Shown: positions 11,507 to 26,566 of the stretch, piece after piece
How the letters are laid out: each line of letters starts with the position of its first letter
Position numbering within the stretch: the stretch's first letter is position 1
From: Octopus vulgaris
Lineage: Eukaryota
Length of the DNA: 64,000 nucleotides
Assembly: GCA_951406725.2 (NCBI GenBank)
Contig: OX597817.1
Coordinates: forward strand, 78,740,001-78,804,000
Direction: 5' to 3'
Made by a program: the position numbers and the translations under genes
Notes under the pieces: model-generated
Database searches by the model: none
What the model saw: the letters and a program-made list of their open reading frames with translations, nothing else
What the model was told of the DNA's origin: nothing

Positions 11507-12814
11507 CAGGGTGGGGATGCAAAATTTACAATGAACGTTAAGTTGTTTTTTCTCAGGAGGCACTTAGTCAATTGTTTTGAAACCTAGCATATATTGATGT
11601 CATACCCATACCTAACACTATTATCCTTACCTTTTCAGAAACTTTTGCCCATATGAGTAATCAGGAAAGCAAAAGTCAAAGAGTGTGTGATTTTCTAAAT
11701 GCACTCGTCACACCAAAGGAGATTTCAAAAATAGTTGGAGTGTCCATAAAGACTGCTTATAATGTAAAAAAATAGAATGACTATGAGTAAAACTATTACG
11801 AGGAAGTGTGGAAGTTGAGGAATCAACAAAAAACGTACCAAAGCTTTTATTAAAGCTCTCAAATCCAAAATCCTAAAGGATCCAACCAAATCCAAAATCC
11901 TAAAGGATCCAACCAAATCCATGAGAAAAATGGAAATTGAACTTGAGGTAGACAACAAGACCATTAGAAATGCTGTAAAATATGATTTGAGGTTAAAATC
12001 TTACACAAGAACACCAAAACACTTGCTGACAACAGCTATGAAGGAAAAGAGATTGGAGAGGTGCAAGAAAATTATTACATGTTTCAAGAAAAAGTCCTCC
12101 ATTGTAACGATCTTTTCAGATGAAAAGATCTTCACTGTCTGAACAGCAGAAATGACAGATTTATTGCAAAATCAACAGCTGAGGTTGAGGGGACATTCAA
12201 AACAAAAGATCTTGCTCAAGTTATAGCTTTTGGTGTTGTGGCTTCCAATGGAAAGAAAATGCCTATAAAATTCTACAAAGCTGATGAAAAGATCAATGTT
12301 AATACTTACTACAAGACTCTGAGATACTAGGTATTGCCATGGCTTAGAGCAAACTACCCAGATGGTAATTATGTATGGACATGGGATGGTGCTCCAGCCC
12401 ACACAGCTAGAAAAATACAAGATTTCTGCAAATCCAACTTTAGGAATTTTTTGTAATCATGTTTATGGCCGCCTTCTAGCCCAGATCTAAACTCTCTGGA
12501 TTATGCTATTTGGGGCGCTTTAGAACATGCTACCAATAGAACATCACACAGCAATGTCGACTCTCTTAAAGGTAATATTAAAGAAGAATGAGAGAAGTTT
12601 TCTCCCGAATATTTGAGGAACACCTGTGCAAGTTTCAGGAAGCGTGTAAAGGCAGTTATTGAGAAAGAAGGACGACACATAGAATAAAAATATTTTCTAT
12701 TATGTAAATTGTCTTGTGGCAAATAAATTCTCATGACTTTCAATAAACTAATTGGTCATACACTGTCTTTTAATCCCTGCCTTAAAATATTGTAAATTTT
12801 GCTTCCCCACCCTG
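11507..12814 (+). mobile_element. Full-length Tc1/mariner element, DD37D (maT) family, 1308 bp
   Basis: 26-bp TIRs CAGGGTGGGGA(T/A)GCAAAATTTACAAT with one mismatch, TA on both flanks, and an internal transposase. Confidence 0.95.
11653..12687 (+). pseudogene. DD37D transposase pseudogene
   Basis: MSNQESK... start, IFSDEKIFTV, then WDGAPAH...WPPSSPDLNSLDY with 37 codons between the last two Asp. Contains in-frame stops and frameshifts; ends HIE-stop at 12687. Confidence 0.92.
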
Positions 12815-12884
12815 TATATACACACACATATACATGTCTATATAATTCATACACACCCACACATATTTATAAAGATATATATAT

Positions 12885-13280
12885 ATTCTTTATTCTTTTA
12901 CTCTTTTACTTGCTTGACTATAGTCATACTGAAGCACTGCCCTTAGTCGAGCTAATCCACCCCCAGACTTATTCTTTGTAAGCCTAGTACTCATTCTATT
13001 GGATCCTTTTGCCCAACCGCTAAGTTACAGGGATGTAAACACACCAGCATCGGTTGTCAAGCGATGTTGGGTGGACAATCACAGACACATAAGCATATGC
13101 ATACACATACATATATATGTACATATATATACAATGGGCTTCTTTCAATTTCCATCTACCAAATCCACTCACAAGGCTATTGTAGAAGACACTCACCGAA
13201 GGTTGCTTGCAGTGAGAGTGAACCCAGAACCATGTGGTTGGTAAGCAAGCTACTTACCACACAGCAACTCCTATGCCTAT
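12885..13280 (-). mobile_element. SINE family A, near full length
   Basis: Both halves and the microsatellite linker are present in reverse orientation. Confidence 0.88.
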
Positions 13281-13782
13281 ATATATATATATATTTCTTT
13301 TTGTGTCATGCTCCAAGCTATGAGGACATAAAGTATTTGAGATACAACTTTTATATTATTTTTATAATTCATAACACCGATAAATAATTATTCAAAATTC
13401 AGTATGGTACATATATTCTTTCATTCACTTTACTTTACTGGTTATTGGATGGTAGTCATCCTGAGGCACCACCATTAAGGTTTTATTCAAGCATATCGAC
13501 CATAGTGATTATTTTTTCTTTTGTACATATTTATTTTTATCAATATGTATTTATGGAAATGCTGAATACAGGTATACCAAAAACATCACTGACTTTAAAT
13601 GGTATAAGCTTATGCAGATACTAACTTTCATACATGCACACACACACACATGCAAATACACACAAACACACACACACCTCCCTCACAGAAATGAATCTCT
13701 ATCTACATATCTATCTATATGGACCTTTCTACTTGAAATATAGAAAGGCTATTAAATGTTTTCTACCTTTTACTATTTCAAT

Positions 13783-14620
13783 ATTTTACATTTTTCTTTA
13801 AGGTGGTGAGCTGGCAGAAATGTTAGCATGCCGGGCGAAATGCTTAGCGGTATTTTGTCTGCCACTACGTTCTGAGTTCAAATTCCGCCGAGGTCAACTT
13901 TGCCTTTCCTCCTTTCAGGGTTGATGAAATAAGTACCAATTACGCACTGGGGTCGATATAATCGACTTTATCTGTTTGTCTGTCCTTGTTTGTCCTCTCT
14001 GTGTTTAGCCCCTTGTGGGTAGTAAAGAAATAGGTATTTCGTCTGTATTTACCATCTGAGGTCAAATTCTACCGAGGTTGACCTTTGCCTTTCATCCTTT
14101 CAGGGGTCAATAAATTTAGTACCAGTTGCGTACTGGGGTCTATCTAATTGACTGGCCCCCTCCCCCAAACTTTCAGTCCTTGTGCCTGGAGTAGAAAAGA
14201 ACATTTTACATTTTTCTTTAAGGTGGTGAGCTGGCAGAATCGTTAGCACGCTGGGCAAAATGCTGAGCAGTATTTCGTCTGTCTTAACATTCTGAGTTAA
14301 AATTCCACCAAGGTCGACTTCATCCTTTCAGGGTCGATAGATTAAGTACTAGTTATGCACTTGTTTGTCCCCTCTACATTTAGCCTCATGTGGGCAATGA
14401 AGAAAAAAGAATCGTTAGCACAGTGGGCAAAATGCTTAGCCGTATTTCATCTGTCTTTACATTCTGAGTTCAAATTCTACCAAGGTCTACTTTGCCTTTC
14501 ATGATTTTGGGGTTGACAAATTAAGTACCTGTTGTGTACTGTGGCTAATCTAATCGACTGGCCTCCTTTCCCAAAATTTCGGGCCTTGTGCCTAGAGTAG
14601 AAAATAATATTTGATATTTT
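13783..14620 (+). mobile_element. Tandem array of tRNA-derived SINE family B (four related units)
   Basis: Head GGTGGTGAGCTGGCAGAA near 13802 and 14222. A B-box-like GAGTTCAAATTC and a TTTGCCTTTCATCCTTT...AAGTACC body recur four times. Confidence 0.88.
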
Positions 14621-15128
14621 TTACTGTTTACTTTTTTTTGTTTTTGCAGAGTAAACTTTACATGGAAAACTAATAAACAAAGAACAGGTATACAATAGTA
14701 TACAATCTACAGGCAAGCCATTTACTTATAATAATAGCAAATGCTCCGAGTTTCAAATATTTAAATTTGTCATAATGATCTCCATGATGCTGATACAGAA
14801 ACAAAAATATATAAAACTACCGATAAAAGGGACAGACATACACAGACACAAGCACTCACACACATTCATTCACATATACACACATGCACAGAGAAAAACA
14901 CAGATACTGAAAGGAAATAGGAAGATAGAATGCAGGGCAAAGAGAGAGAATATATCAAAACAGACAAAGCAAAAGGAAAAAAGTAATGAGAGTCAAACCC
15001 ACTTCTCCATCTACTTAACAAATGCATTAGAATAATCCTGTTCCCAATTCAAGAACTTTTAAATTTTCATTTACGCTATTATTACATATATACATACATA
15101 TACATATATAGTAGGCATATATGTCTAT

Positions 15129-15211
<83 letters not shown>

Positions 15212-15472
15212 CATATATATATACATATATATATATATATACAGATATAGATATATATGCATGCATGTATATGTATATCTATCTATGTGTGTATGTATAT
15301 AAGCATACATATATATATATGTGTGTGTGTGTGTATAGGTATATGAATATATATATATATATTTATGTATGTATATATATATGCATATCATCATCATCAT
15401 TCTTTAACATCCATCTTCTATGCATGCATATATATATGTACATATATATACACATATATATATATATATATG

Positions 15473-15534
<62 letters not shown>

Positions 15535-15861
15535 CACACACATACATATATATGCATATATACATATATATATATATATACACACACATACATATATATG
15601 CATATATACATATCTGTGTGTGTGTGTGTGTGTGTGTGTTTAGCATAGAGACAGAATGATTGATTATGGCTGGAATACTTCTTCAAGATATGGTTAAGCT
15701 CATCAGAAACTGGAAGGGGATTTACTGTGCTTGCACATAACAAAGTGCATTTCTTGACCAACTCCTAGACTAAGAATGGCTAAAAGCCTAACAGATTTAT
15801 TTCCTGGAGCAGAAAATGGAGGGATATGTAATTATATGCACCTGAAAGAAACCTGCATATC

Positions 15862-15937
<76 letters not shown>

Positions 15938-16303
15938 AATCTATCTATCTATCTATTTGCCTGTCTGCCTATCTATTTATCTATCTATCTGCCTCTCTAG
16001 CACTCTATCAATTTCATAATGTATATACATAAACATATATATATATGTATGCATGTATCAATATGTCTCTGTCTGTACTGTCTGGCAGTTTACTGATCTA
16101 TCTATATGCATACATACATGCATATATATATATATATGCTCAGATGAATGGATATAAAAAGATATAAACACTTACATATAAAAACAGACACAAACATACA
16201 CACTATACATATCTCTCTATTTATCTATCTATCTGTATATATATATATATATATGCATTCATGTATGTATACATATATATATATATGTGTATGCATGTAT
16301 ATG

Positions 16304-16336
<33 letters not shown>

Positions 16337-16387
16337 ATGTATATATATGTATATATCTATATGTATACACACACACTCACACACATA

Positions 16388-16418
<31 letters not shown>

Positions 16419-16425
16419 CTGTATG

Positions 16426-16480
<55 letters not shown>

Positions 16481-16850
16481 TATATGTGGGTAGGTACATA
16501 GATAAATAGATAGATACATACATATCATGTTATGCAATGTCATGCACTAGTGAAACTGTTATGCATGAGTCTAATTCAGGTTATTATGAATATCCAGGCA
16601 TCCAGGCAAGGGAGAGGGTTACTCAGGCAAAAAGAAACCACCGACCATTTCAGATTTTTCACAGTAATATATGTGTCTGGTGTTGCAGTTGTGTGATTAA
16701 GAGCATTAAAATGTCAAATAATCTTTGCTAGAAAATAACTGCGAGAATAACAAACAACAATAACAACAATGATGATATGTGCACACACACACATGCACAC
16801 GCACACACACACATGCATAAATGTATATGCATATGTAAATATATATATGC

Positions 16851-16881
<31 letters not shown>

Positions 16882-16930
16882 TAAATACACACACACATAT
16901 ATATATATAAATATATATATATAAATACAC

Positions 16931-16999
<69 letters not shown>

Positions 17000-17146
17000 T
17001 ATAAATACATATATATATAGATATATATAGATATATAATATATATATATATATATAGTCCATGTAAGCATAGAAAAGTGGACATCAAAAATATACATGTA
17101 TATATACATATACATCTTTATATAATTAGGTGTGTGTATATGTACA

Positions 17147-17245
<99 letters not shown>

Positions 17246-17836
17246 TCATACCATATATACATATATAAGAATACCAAACTCACACACACACACTCACACA
17301 CACAAATATATATATATATATACATACACACACACACATATAAGTATGTTTATGTGTGTATGTGTTGTTTGCCTCTATGTATTGAAGAGGACTCTCTACA
17401 ATATGGAAGTCAGATGTCATTTTTCAGGTTTTTCAATATGTTTGCCAAATCTGAGGTATTTTACTATTCTTGTTATTATTGTTGTTGTTGTTGTGAGAGA
17501 GAGATTGCATTTCCAATTCCAATTGTAACAGTTTTGTCCCCTCCTCTAACAAAAAGAAAAAAAATGCTAAATAAATTTTTAAAAATATGATATAGACATT
17601 ATTTTATCTGGAGTGTATATGGGAATGGGGCAAAAATAAATAAACAAATTTTTCAAAAACATTTATTCATTCTACCCCAGTGTCCTGAATACCATTCAGG
17701 CCATGATCATCATCACCATCATCAGTATCATCTATGTCATCATCACCATTGACATATGGAAGCAATTGTCTTTTTTATAGTGAAGTAATGAAATATGCTA
17801 TTATTATTAATATTACTATTATTATTATTAATGCTA

Positions 17837-17867
<31 letters not shown>

Positions 17868-17923
17868 TATTATTATTAATATTATTATTACTCTTATCAT
17901 CATCATCATCATCATCATTATTA

Positions 17924-17992
<69 letters not shown>

Positions 17993-18624
17993 GTGGTACT
18001 ATTTTCTGTTTTCCTTTTTTTTTTGGTTTCTGTGAACCCCTCTCCCACATTTTTTTGTGGGAGTTGGGTAGTGAATTGTATTGTAGTGTTTACCTTTTTT
18101 ACGAATTCTGACATCTAACATTTAAAAATTTTTTTATTTTATTTTATTTTATTTTCACAATTCCACAAGGAAAACAGAAAAAGGATAGATAAACCTTCCT
18201 TTCTTTAACTTTATATACATGTATCTCTGTTGGAATTTGACTGTGTATTTGTGAGTGTATTAGTACATGCATAAGTATTTTATGTTACGCTATTTTCATG
18301 CTATATTTATTTATCAATTTCTATTTTATTTTCATGATTTTAAAGCTATCATTTATTTGTCTTTTTAAGGAAAATAGGGGGAACAGAGCTGAAGAGAAAA
18401 CAAAAAAAACGAAACAAAGCCAAAAAAGAGCAATGTTCACCATCTGCTGACTTGTTTGCTATTAAATACCAAGAAAACCACACCTGGTGACCAGTAAAGA
18501 ATTCTAGACAAGCAGCAAGGCAGGAGGCAGACCTCCATTGGTTTACAGACACAGATAACACATATATTGACCACATGTCTTTTATTATAAGAACACACAC
18601 GTACCTTCTACATTTTAAAAGAAT

Positions 18625-18780
18625 TGTGGCTGTGTGGTAAGAAATTTGCTTCCCAACCACATGGTTCCAGGTTCTGTCCCACTGCATGATATCTTAGGCA
18701 AGTGACTTCTGCTATAGCCTTGGGATGACCAAAATCTTGTGAGTGGATTTGGTAGACAGAAACTGAAAGAAGCCTATCAT
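18625..18780 (+). mobile_element. SINE family A, 5' half
   Basis: TGGCTGTGTGGTAAG...GAAACTGAAAGAAGCC, followed by the (TG)n linker. Confidence 0.82.
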
Positions 18781-19063
18781 ATGTATACATATGTATATAT
18801 ATATGTGTGTGTGTTTGTGTGTATGTGTGTGTGTTTGTGTGTATGTGTGTGTGTGTTTGTGTGTATGTGTGTGTGTGTGTTTGTGTGTATGTGTGTATGT
18901 ATATGTGTGTATGTATATATATATACATGCCGAATTCTACTTGGTGAAATTACTGATTACTTCTTAATTAATCAATTTTACCCTTTGTTATTATATATAT
19001 ATTTATACAGATAGAGATAAGAAGATAGTTAATGGAGATGATGATTATTGATTGACAGACACA

Positions 19064-19595
19064 TCTATATATATAAAACTGTAGTTGTGTGAGTGTCTGT
19101 CCCCTTCGATTTAGATTCCTAACTACTCCCACATTTTGCGGTGCAGTTTAACCAAATTCGGGTATCTTATAGTCGTGATTCATATCGAGCCCGTCTGAGT
19201 ATTAGCGTGCATCTACGATGAGTCTACGATTTTAAAAATAATTTAACATCATTTTTTATTCCATTTTAATGCATAATTTTTCGTGTGTCGATGGCGGCGG
19301 AGTTGGCGTCCACGGTCACACCTGCACCTGTTTGCTTCTCCCCCTTCTTCCCTCCCTCATGAAGCTGTGGGGAAGGGAGTGTAAGGAAATCCACGTAGTA
19401 AAGCGTTGTCAAGGAAACCAGCGTTCTTTTAGAACAAGGACTTCATGGCTTGAAGACACTGAGTCAACGATTTAAAAAAAAAATTATCATCATTTTTTAT
19501 TCCATTTTTAATGCATTTTTTTGCTATAACTCTCTAAAAATGCTTATATAGTTATTTCCCTTACAAACCCGAGCAACACCGGGCGATACTGCTAG
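19064..19595 (+). mobile_element. Non-autonomous Helitron, 532 bp
   Basis: 5' TC (A|TCTATATATATAAA), 3' CTAG|T, subterminal hairpin CCCGAGCAACACCGGG at 19568-19583, and insertion between A and T with no TSD. Confidence 0.88.
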
Positions 19596-19679
19596 TTAAA
19601 TATATATTTTTGAGGTTCATTAAATGAATGTGTGCATATATATGTAAGTATTTAGACATATATGAGCTGGCTCTTTGTT

Positions 19680-19985
19680 GAAAGTTATCAGAAATGTTCC
19701 AGTTGACTTGATCAGCCAAAGAGCTTGCTTTCGAAATTACCATGCACGTTGCTGAGCATTCATGCCATGCATACCTGTAACATAGTTGTCAGTAAGATTC
19801 AGCATGATGTAGAAAATGACAGGGTCGGCCGATTGAATTACAAGTACAGATCATTTTTGACAGCTAAATGGACTGGAGCAATAAGAAATTAAGTGTCTTG
19901 CTCAAGGACAGAATGTAACACCAGGAATCGAATTCATGACCTTATGATCGTGAGCCAAATTCACTAACCACTTAGTCACATGCCT
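19680..19985 (-). mobile_element. tRNA-derived SINE family C, diverged
   Basis: Contains AAGTGTCTTGCTCAAG and CTAACCACTTAGTCA (reverse A box); homologous to 42569-42877 and 46010-46352. Confidence 0.65.
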
Positions 19986-19996
19986 ACACCTATGTA

Positions 19997-20046
<50 letters not shown>

Positions 20047-20104
20047 TGTGTGTCTTGTGTATATATAGATATAGATATATAGATATGGATATGTATTCCT
20101 TCAT

Positions 20105-20305
20105 TCTTTTGTCTTCTATTTGTTTCAGTCATTTGACTGTGGCCATGCTGGAGCACCGCCTTTAGTCAAGCATGTTGACTCCAAGACTTATTCTTTGTAA
20201 GCCTAGTACTTATTCTATCAGTCTCTTTTATCAAACTACTAAGTTACAGGTACGTAAACATACCAACATCGGTTATCAATCGATGGGAGAGAAAAAAACA
20301 CAGAC

Positions 20306-20341
<36 letters not shown>

Positions 20342-20500
20342 ACGGGCTTCTTTCAGTTTCCATTTACCAAATCCACTCACAAGGCTTTGGTTGACCCAAG
20401 ATTATAGTAGAAGATACTTGACCAGGGTGCCATGCAGTGGGATTGAACTTGGAACCGTGTGATTGGGAAGCAAGCTCCTTACCCAACAGTTACGCCTATA
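20105..20500 (-). mobile_element. SINE family A, full length
   Basis: Runs from the tail TTGTTTCAGTCATTTGACTGTGGCCATGCTGG through to the head. Confidence 0.88.
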
Positions 20501-20518
20501 AATATATGTGTGTGAGTG

Positions 20519-20571
<53 letters not shown>

Positions 20572-20614
20572 ACCATATATTTATATATAGATAGATAGAT
20601 ACATATATTTATAT

Positions 20615-20686
<72 letters not shown>

Positions 20687-20834
20687 ACAGAGTTATTTAT
20701 AGATATACAGAGATGAAAAGAAATGAGTGACAGTTGCTCTATTGTTTTACAGTTATGTACAAAGTGTTCATCATCTTGCTGAATATCTATTCGTTATTGT
20801 ATGTGCCTGCATATGTATTTACATATGTTTCACT

Positions 20835-20889
<55 letters not shown>

Positions 20890-21320
20890 TATGTACTCTC
20901 TAATTATACAAATTATTCCAAATTATTTTCCTTCTTATTGTTCATGTCAGTTGAAATGAAAGAAAAAAAGACAAAAAAAGAAAAAGAAAATAGCAAGAAC
21001 CAAAGAGCTAACTTTAAAAGAAAAAGAAAATTAATTCTTTTAAAACTGCAAATAAAGAATACAACCCTTCCAAAAATTTTTTTTGGGGGAAATAAATGAA
21101 AGTTTATTTATAGGAGAAAAAAATTACAACAATTTTCCAGCAAGTAAAATTTATTTTCAGTGCTTCACTGTAAAATAAATATCACTTTCATTTATTCTAT
21201 ATTAAATATATATGCATGTATGTGTGGATGGATGTATGTATGAATGTATGTATGTATGTACGTATATATATGTATGCATTTATGTATGTATGCATGCATA
21301 TATATGTATATGTGAGTATA

Positions 21321-21356
<36 letters not shown>

Positions 21357-21547
21357 GTTTTATAACTATATTTATAAATATATATATACATACTAATATA
21401 TATGTGCATATATACATGCATATATCATATAAACATGATATACATGTATAAATGTATACAAAGATACATACACACACATACATACATATATATATAAATA
21501 TATATACACATATTATATATATACATATATATATATATATGTATATA

Positions 21548-21640
<93 letters not shown>

Positions 21641-21756
21641 GTATATGCAGGTATACATACAACATATATCCATGCGTATATAGAGATACATACATACATA
21701 TATATATATACACACACACATATAAGTAATAATAAAATTAATGATGATGATGATGG

Positions 21757-23274
<1,518 letters not shown>

Positions 23275-23289
23275 GTATGTATATATGTA

Positions 23290-23330
23290 CCCAGCATGGC
23301 CACAGCTCGTGAGCTGAAACTAGATAAAAA
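23290..23330 (+). mobile_element. Extremely 5'-truncated LINE 3' tail, same family as 24066-24424
   Basis: CCCAGCATGGCCACAGCTCGTGAGCTGAAACTAGATAAAAA matches ~24368-24405. Confidence 0.8.
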
Positions 23331-23345
23331 TTTATATATATATCT

Positions 23346-23750
23346 CTTTCCTCTTTTACTTGTTTCAGTCATTTGACTGTGGCCATGCTGGAGCACCGCC
23401 TTTAATCGAGCAACTCGACCCCGGGACTTATTCTTTTGTAAGCCCAGTACTTATTCTATCGGTATCTTTTGCCGAACCGCTAAGTAACGGGGACATAAAC
23501 ACACCAGCATCGGTTGTCAAGCAATGCTAGGGGGACAAACACAGACACACAAACATACACACACATTTATATATATATACATATATACGACAGGCTTCTT
23601 TCTGTTTCCGTCTACCAAATCCACTCACAAGGCTTTGGTGGGCCTGAGGCTATAGTAGAATATGCTTGCCGAAGGTGCCACGCAGTGGGACTGAACCCGG
23701 AAGCATGTGATTAGTAAACAAGCTACTTACCACACAGTCACTCCTGCGCC
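23346..23750 (-). mobile_element. SINE family A, full length, young-looking
   Basis: Complete head (GGCGCAGGAG on the minus strand), linker and tail, with many CpGs retained. Confidence 0.92.
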
Positions 23751-24065
23751 TATATATATATATGTACATACAGAAGCATGCATATTTTTAAAGATGTATA
23801 TAGAAATACAGACACACATATGCATATGAATTTGAGCAACTATGATTTACTTTTAGTCATGAATATATATGTTTGCCTGTTTGTATGCACATGCATTACA
23901 AAATCTTTATATATATATATATATATATATTCAGTCACATAGACTGATGTACACATAAAAATATGCATATACATCTCAATAAAATCATGTATTTAAATAT
24001 AGGATATAATAAACATGCGTGAGCCAACTGCTAACACGCACTCATATATATATATATATATATAT

Positions 24066-24424
24066 ATAGTGCCAAGGACTCCAAATTTGCCATCAAGATG
24101 TAGGACAAGATACTGTGATAGCCTGGGCTTCCGAGGCCCACATCTTTTCAATATCCTCCCGAAGAACCTAAGAGACCTGCATGGGGTGGATGCAGATGTC
24201 CTTAAAATGAAACTGGATCTCTTCTTGTCAGGTGTCCCAGATGAACCAACTTCACGGCAGGAGGTGCAGATGAGGGCAGCTGCATCGAACCCTCTCATGC
24301 ATCAGATGGCAATTGCTAAAAAGCATTCGTGAAGTAAAATCATGTAGCAACAACAAATGGCGGTGCCCCAGCATGGCCACAGCTTGTGAGCTGAAACTAA
24401 ATAAATAAAATAATAAAAATAAAT
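24066..24424 (+). mobile_element. 3' end of a non-LTR retrotransposon (CR1/L2-group-like ORF2 C-terminus, 3' UTR and A-rich tail)
   Basis: Peptide RGPHLFNILPKNLRDL..DVLKMKLDLFLSGVPDEP, stop at 24332, and hairpin tail followed by (TAAA)n. The clade call is from memory of the motif. Confidence 0.8.
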
Positions 24425-24441
24425 ATATATATATACATATA

Positions 24442-25410
24442 CAGGGGTTGGATAAAACAATGGAAACACCTTAAAATTTCAAACCAATTTATTTTAATAT
24501 GGGCTAGGACCAACTTAGGCAGTAATTACAGCTTGAATTCTATGAGGTATGGATTTGTACAATGTTTGAATTGTTTCCAAAGGGATTTTTGTCCATTCTT
24601 CAGCTAAAACAGTCTCCAGTTCTTGTAGTGATGATGGTGGAGGATATCGACTCCTTACTTGTTTTTCTAAAATGCACCATAAATGTTCAATAATATTGAG
24701 ATCTGGGGACTGTGGTGGCCAGATAAGTTGTTCAACTTTACTAGGAAGTTCCTCGTGCCATTCAGTAACAAGTTTAGCTATATGAATTGGTGCATTATAA
24801 TCTTGAAAGATTGCATTTCCCTCTGGAAACAGTTCCACAACCATACAATGAATTTGATCAGATAAAATGCTTAAATATTCTTGACTATTAATTCTGCCAT
24901 GAAGGGAAACCACTAGGCCGGCGGATTTCCAAGATATAGACCCTCCCCCCCACTGATCATCACAGATCCTCATCCATATTTAACAGTTGGAAGAAGGCAG
25001 TTTGGGTCAAATGCCTCTTTTGGCTTTCTCCACATGTCTACTTGGCTGGTGGTTAGAAATAGGGTATAGGATGACTCATTAAAAAAAAATAACATTCCTT
25101 CACTGCACTAGGGACCAATTCTGTAGGTTTTTACTCCACTCTAAACACTTTGCAATGTTTGTTTTTGAAGGTAGTGGTTTTCTGATAGCAGTTTTCCCAT
25201 GAAATCTGGCTTTGTGCAGCTCCCAGCGAACAGTTTTTGTGGAAACTAGGTTCTCGAGGTGGTCATTAAGCTCTGCAGTAATTTTGGGAGCTGTACTTTT
25301 GTGATCCTTTCTAACAATTTGCGTTAGAGTCTGACAGTCCCAATACAAAAGTTTTGGATTTCTTCTGGAGTTTTTTTCAACGAGGAGGTTGTTCCCTCTT
25401 TCTCAAAGAC
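24442..25410 (-). mobile_element. Tc1-like element, 5'-truncated, with DD36E-spaced transposase pseudogene
   Basis: One TIR-like end TA|CAGGGGTTGGATAAAACAATGGAAACACC. Motifs VSTKTVRWELH, AIRKP and FQDYNAPIH...WPPQSPDLNIIEHLW; frameshifted. Confidence 0.92.
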
Positions 25411-25619
25411 TGATACTCAGCACCAGATACTCAGTGTGTGCTAGTCCAAACCAGGCTTGTAACAGGAAAATTGCTCAGTGAAGCTTTAATTATATAAAGA
25501 TCTACTCTAGGCATCAGTCCTGAAATCATGCTGACATGGAAAATGATGATGACAATGATGATGATGACGGCATTGATGGTGCTGGTGATGATAATGATAA
25601 TGATGTCAGTGATGAATAT

Positions 25620-25795
25620 AACCTTTTCTACTTTAAGCACAAAGATTAGATTGACCCCAGTACACTACTGGTATTTAATTTATCAACCCCAGAAGGATGA
25701 AAGGTAAAGTCAATCTCGGCAGAATTTGAGCTTAGACGGGAAATACCACTAAGCATTTCACCCAGCATGCTAGCGTTTCTGCCAGTTCACCATCT
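25620..25795 (-). mobile_element. SINE family B
   Basis: GGATGAAAGGTAAAGTC...TTTCTGCCAGTTCACCA is the reverse complement of the family B head and body. Confidence 0.78.
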
Positions 25796-26275
25796 TACTA
25801 TATAAAGATATTACCATCTGCCTAAATTCTTTAGCAAACATACATTAAAACAAGTGAATTTCTTACAAATACAGGTGCAGGAATAGTTGTGTGGTTAAAA
25901 ATTTTGCCTCCTAATTATCTAGTTTCAGATTGCGTCCCATTCCAAAGCACCCTCAGCAAGAAATGTTTTCTACCAAAGCCCTGGGCCGATGCAAGCATTG
26001 TAAAATGTATATTCAGTTGATGGAAACTGAATTTGTATGTTTGTATGTTAACATCTATGAATGCATGTACGAGCATGTTTGCGTCAGCATGTATTATATG
26101 CGTATGTTTGTATGTAGTATGTATGTATGTATGTATGTATGTAGTGTGTATGAATGTGTGAGGGTGTTTGTGACTCCTTGTCCTGACATCTTGAGAGAGA
26201 GTTGTAAACAAGTACCTTCATCAATCAGTGTTATTCCTTAGCAATTCCTTGTGAACTCATGATGTCTTGTATATA

Positions 26276-26398
<123 letters not shown>

Positions 26399-26533
26399 GT
26401 ATGTAAGTATGTATGTATATATATTATATATATGTATGTAAGTATGTATCTATCTATCTATATATATATATATATATACACACACACATATATATATATA
26501 CATATATACATATTTATATATATATACATATTC

Positions 26534-26566
<33 letters not shown>

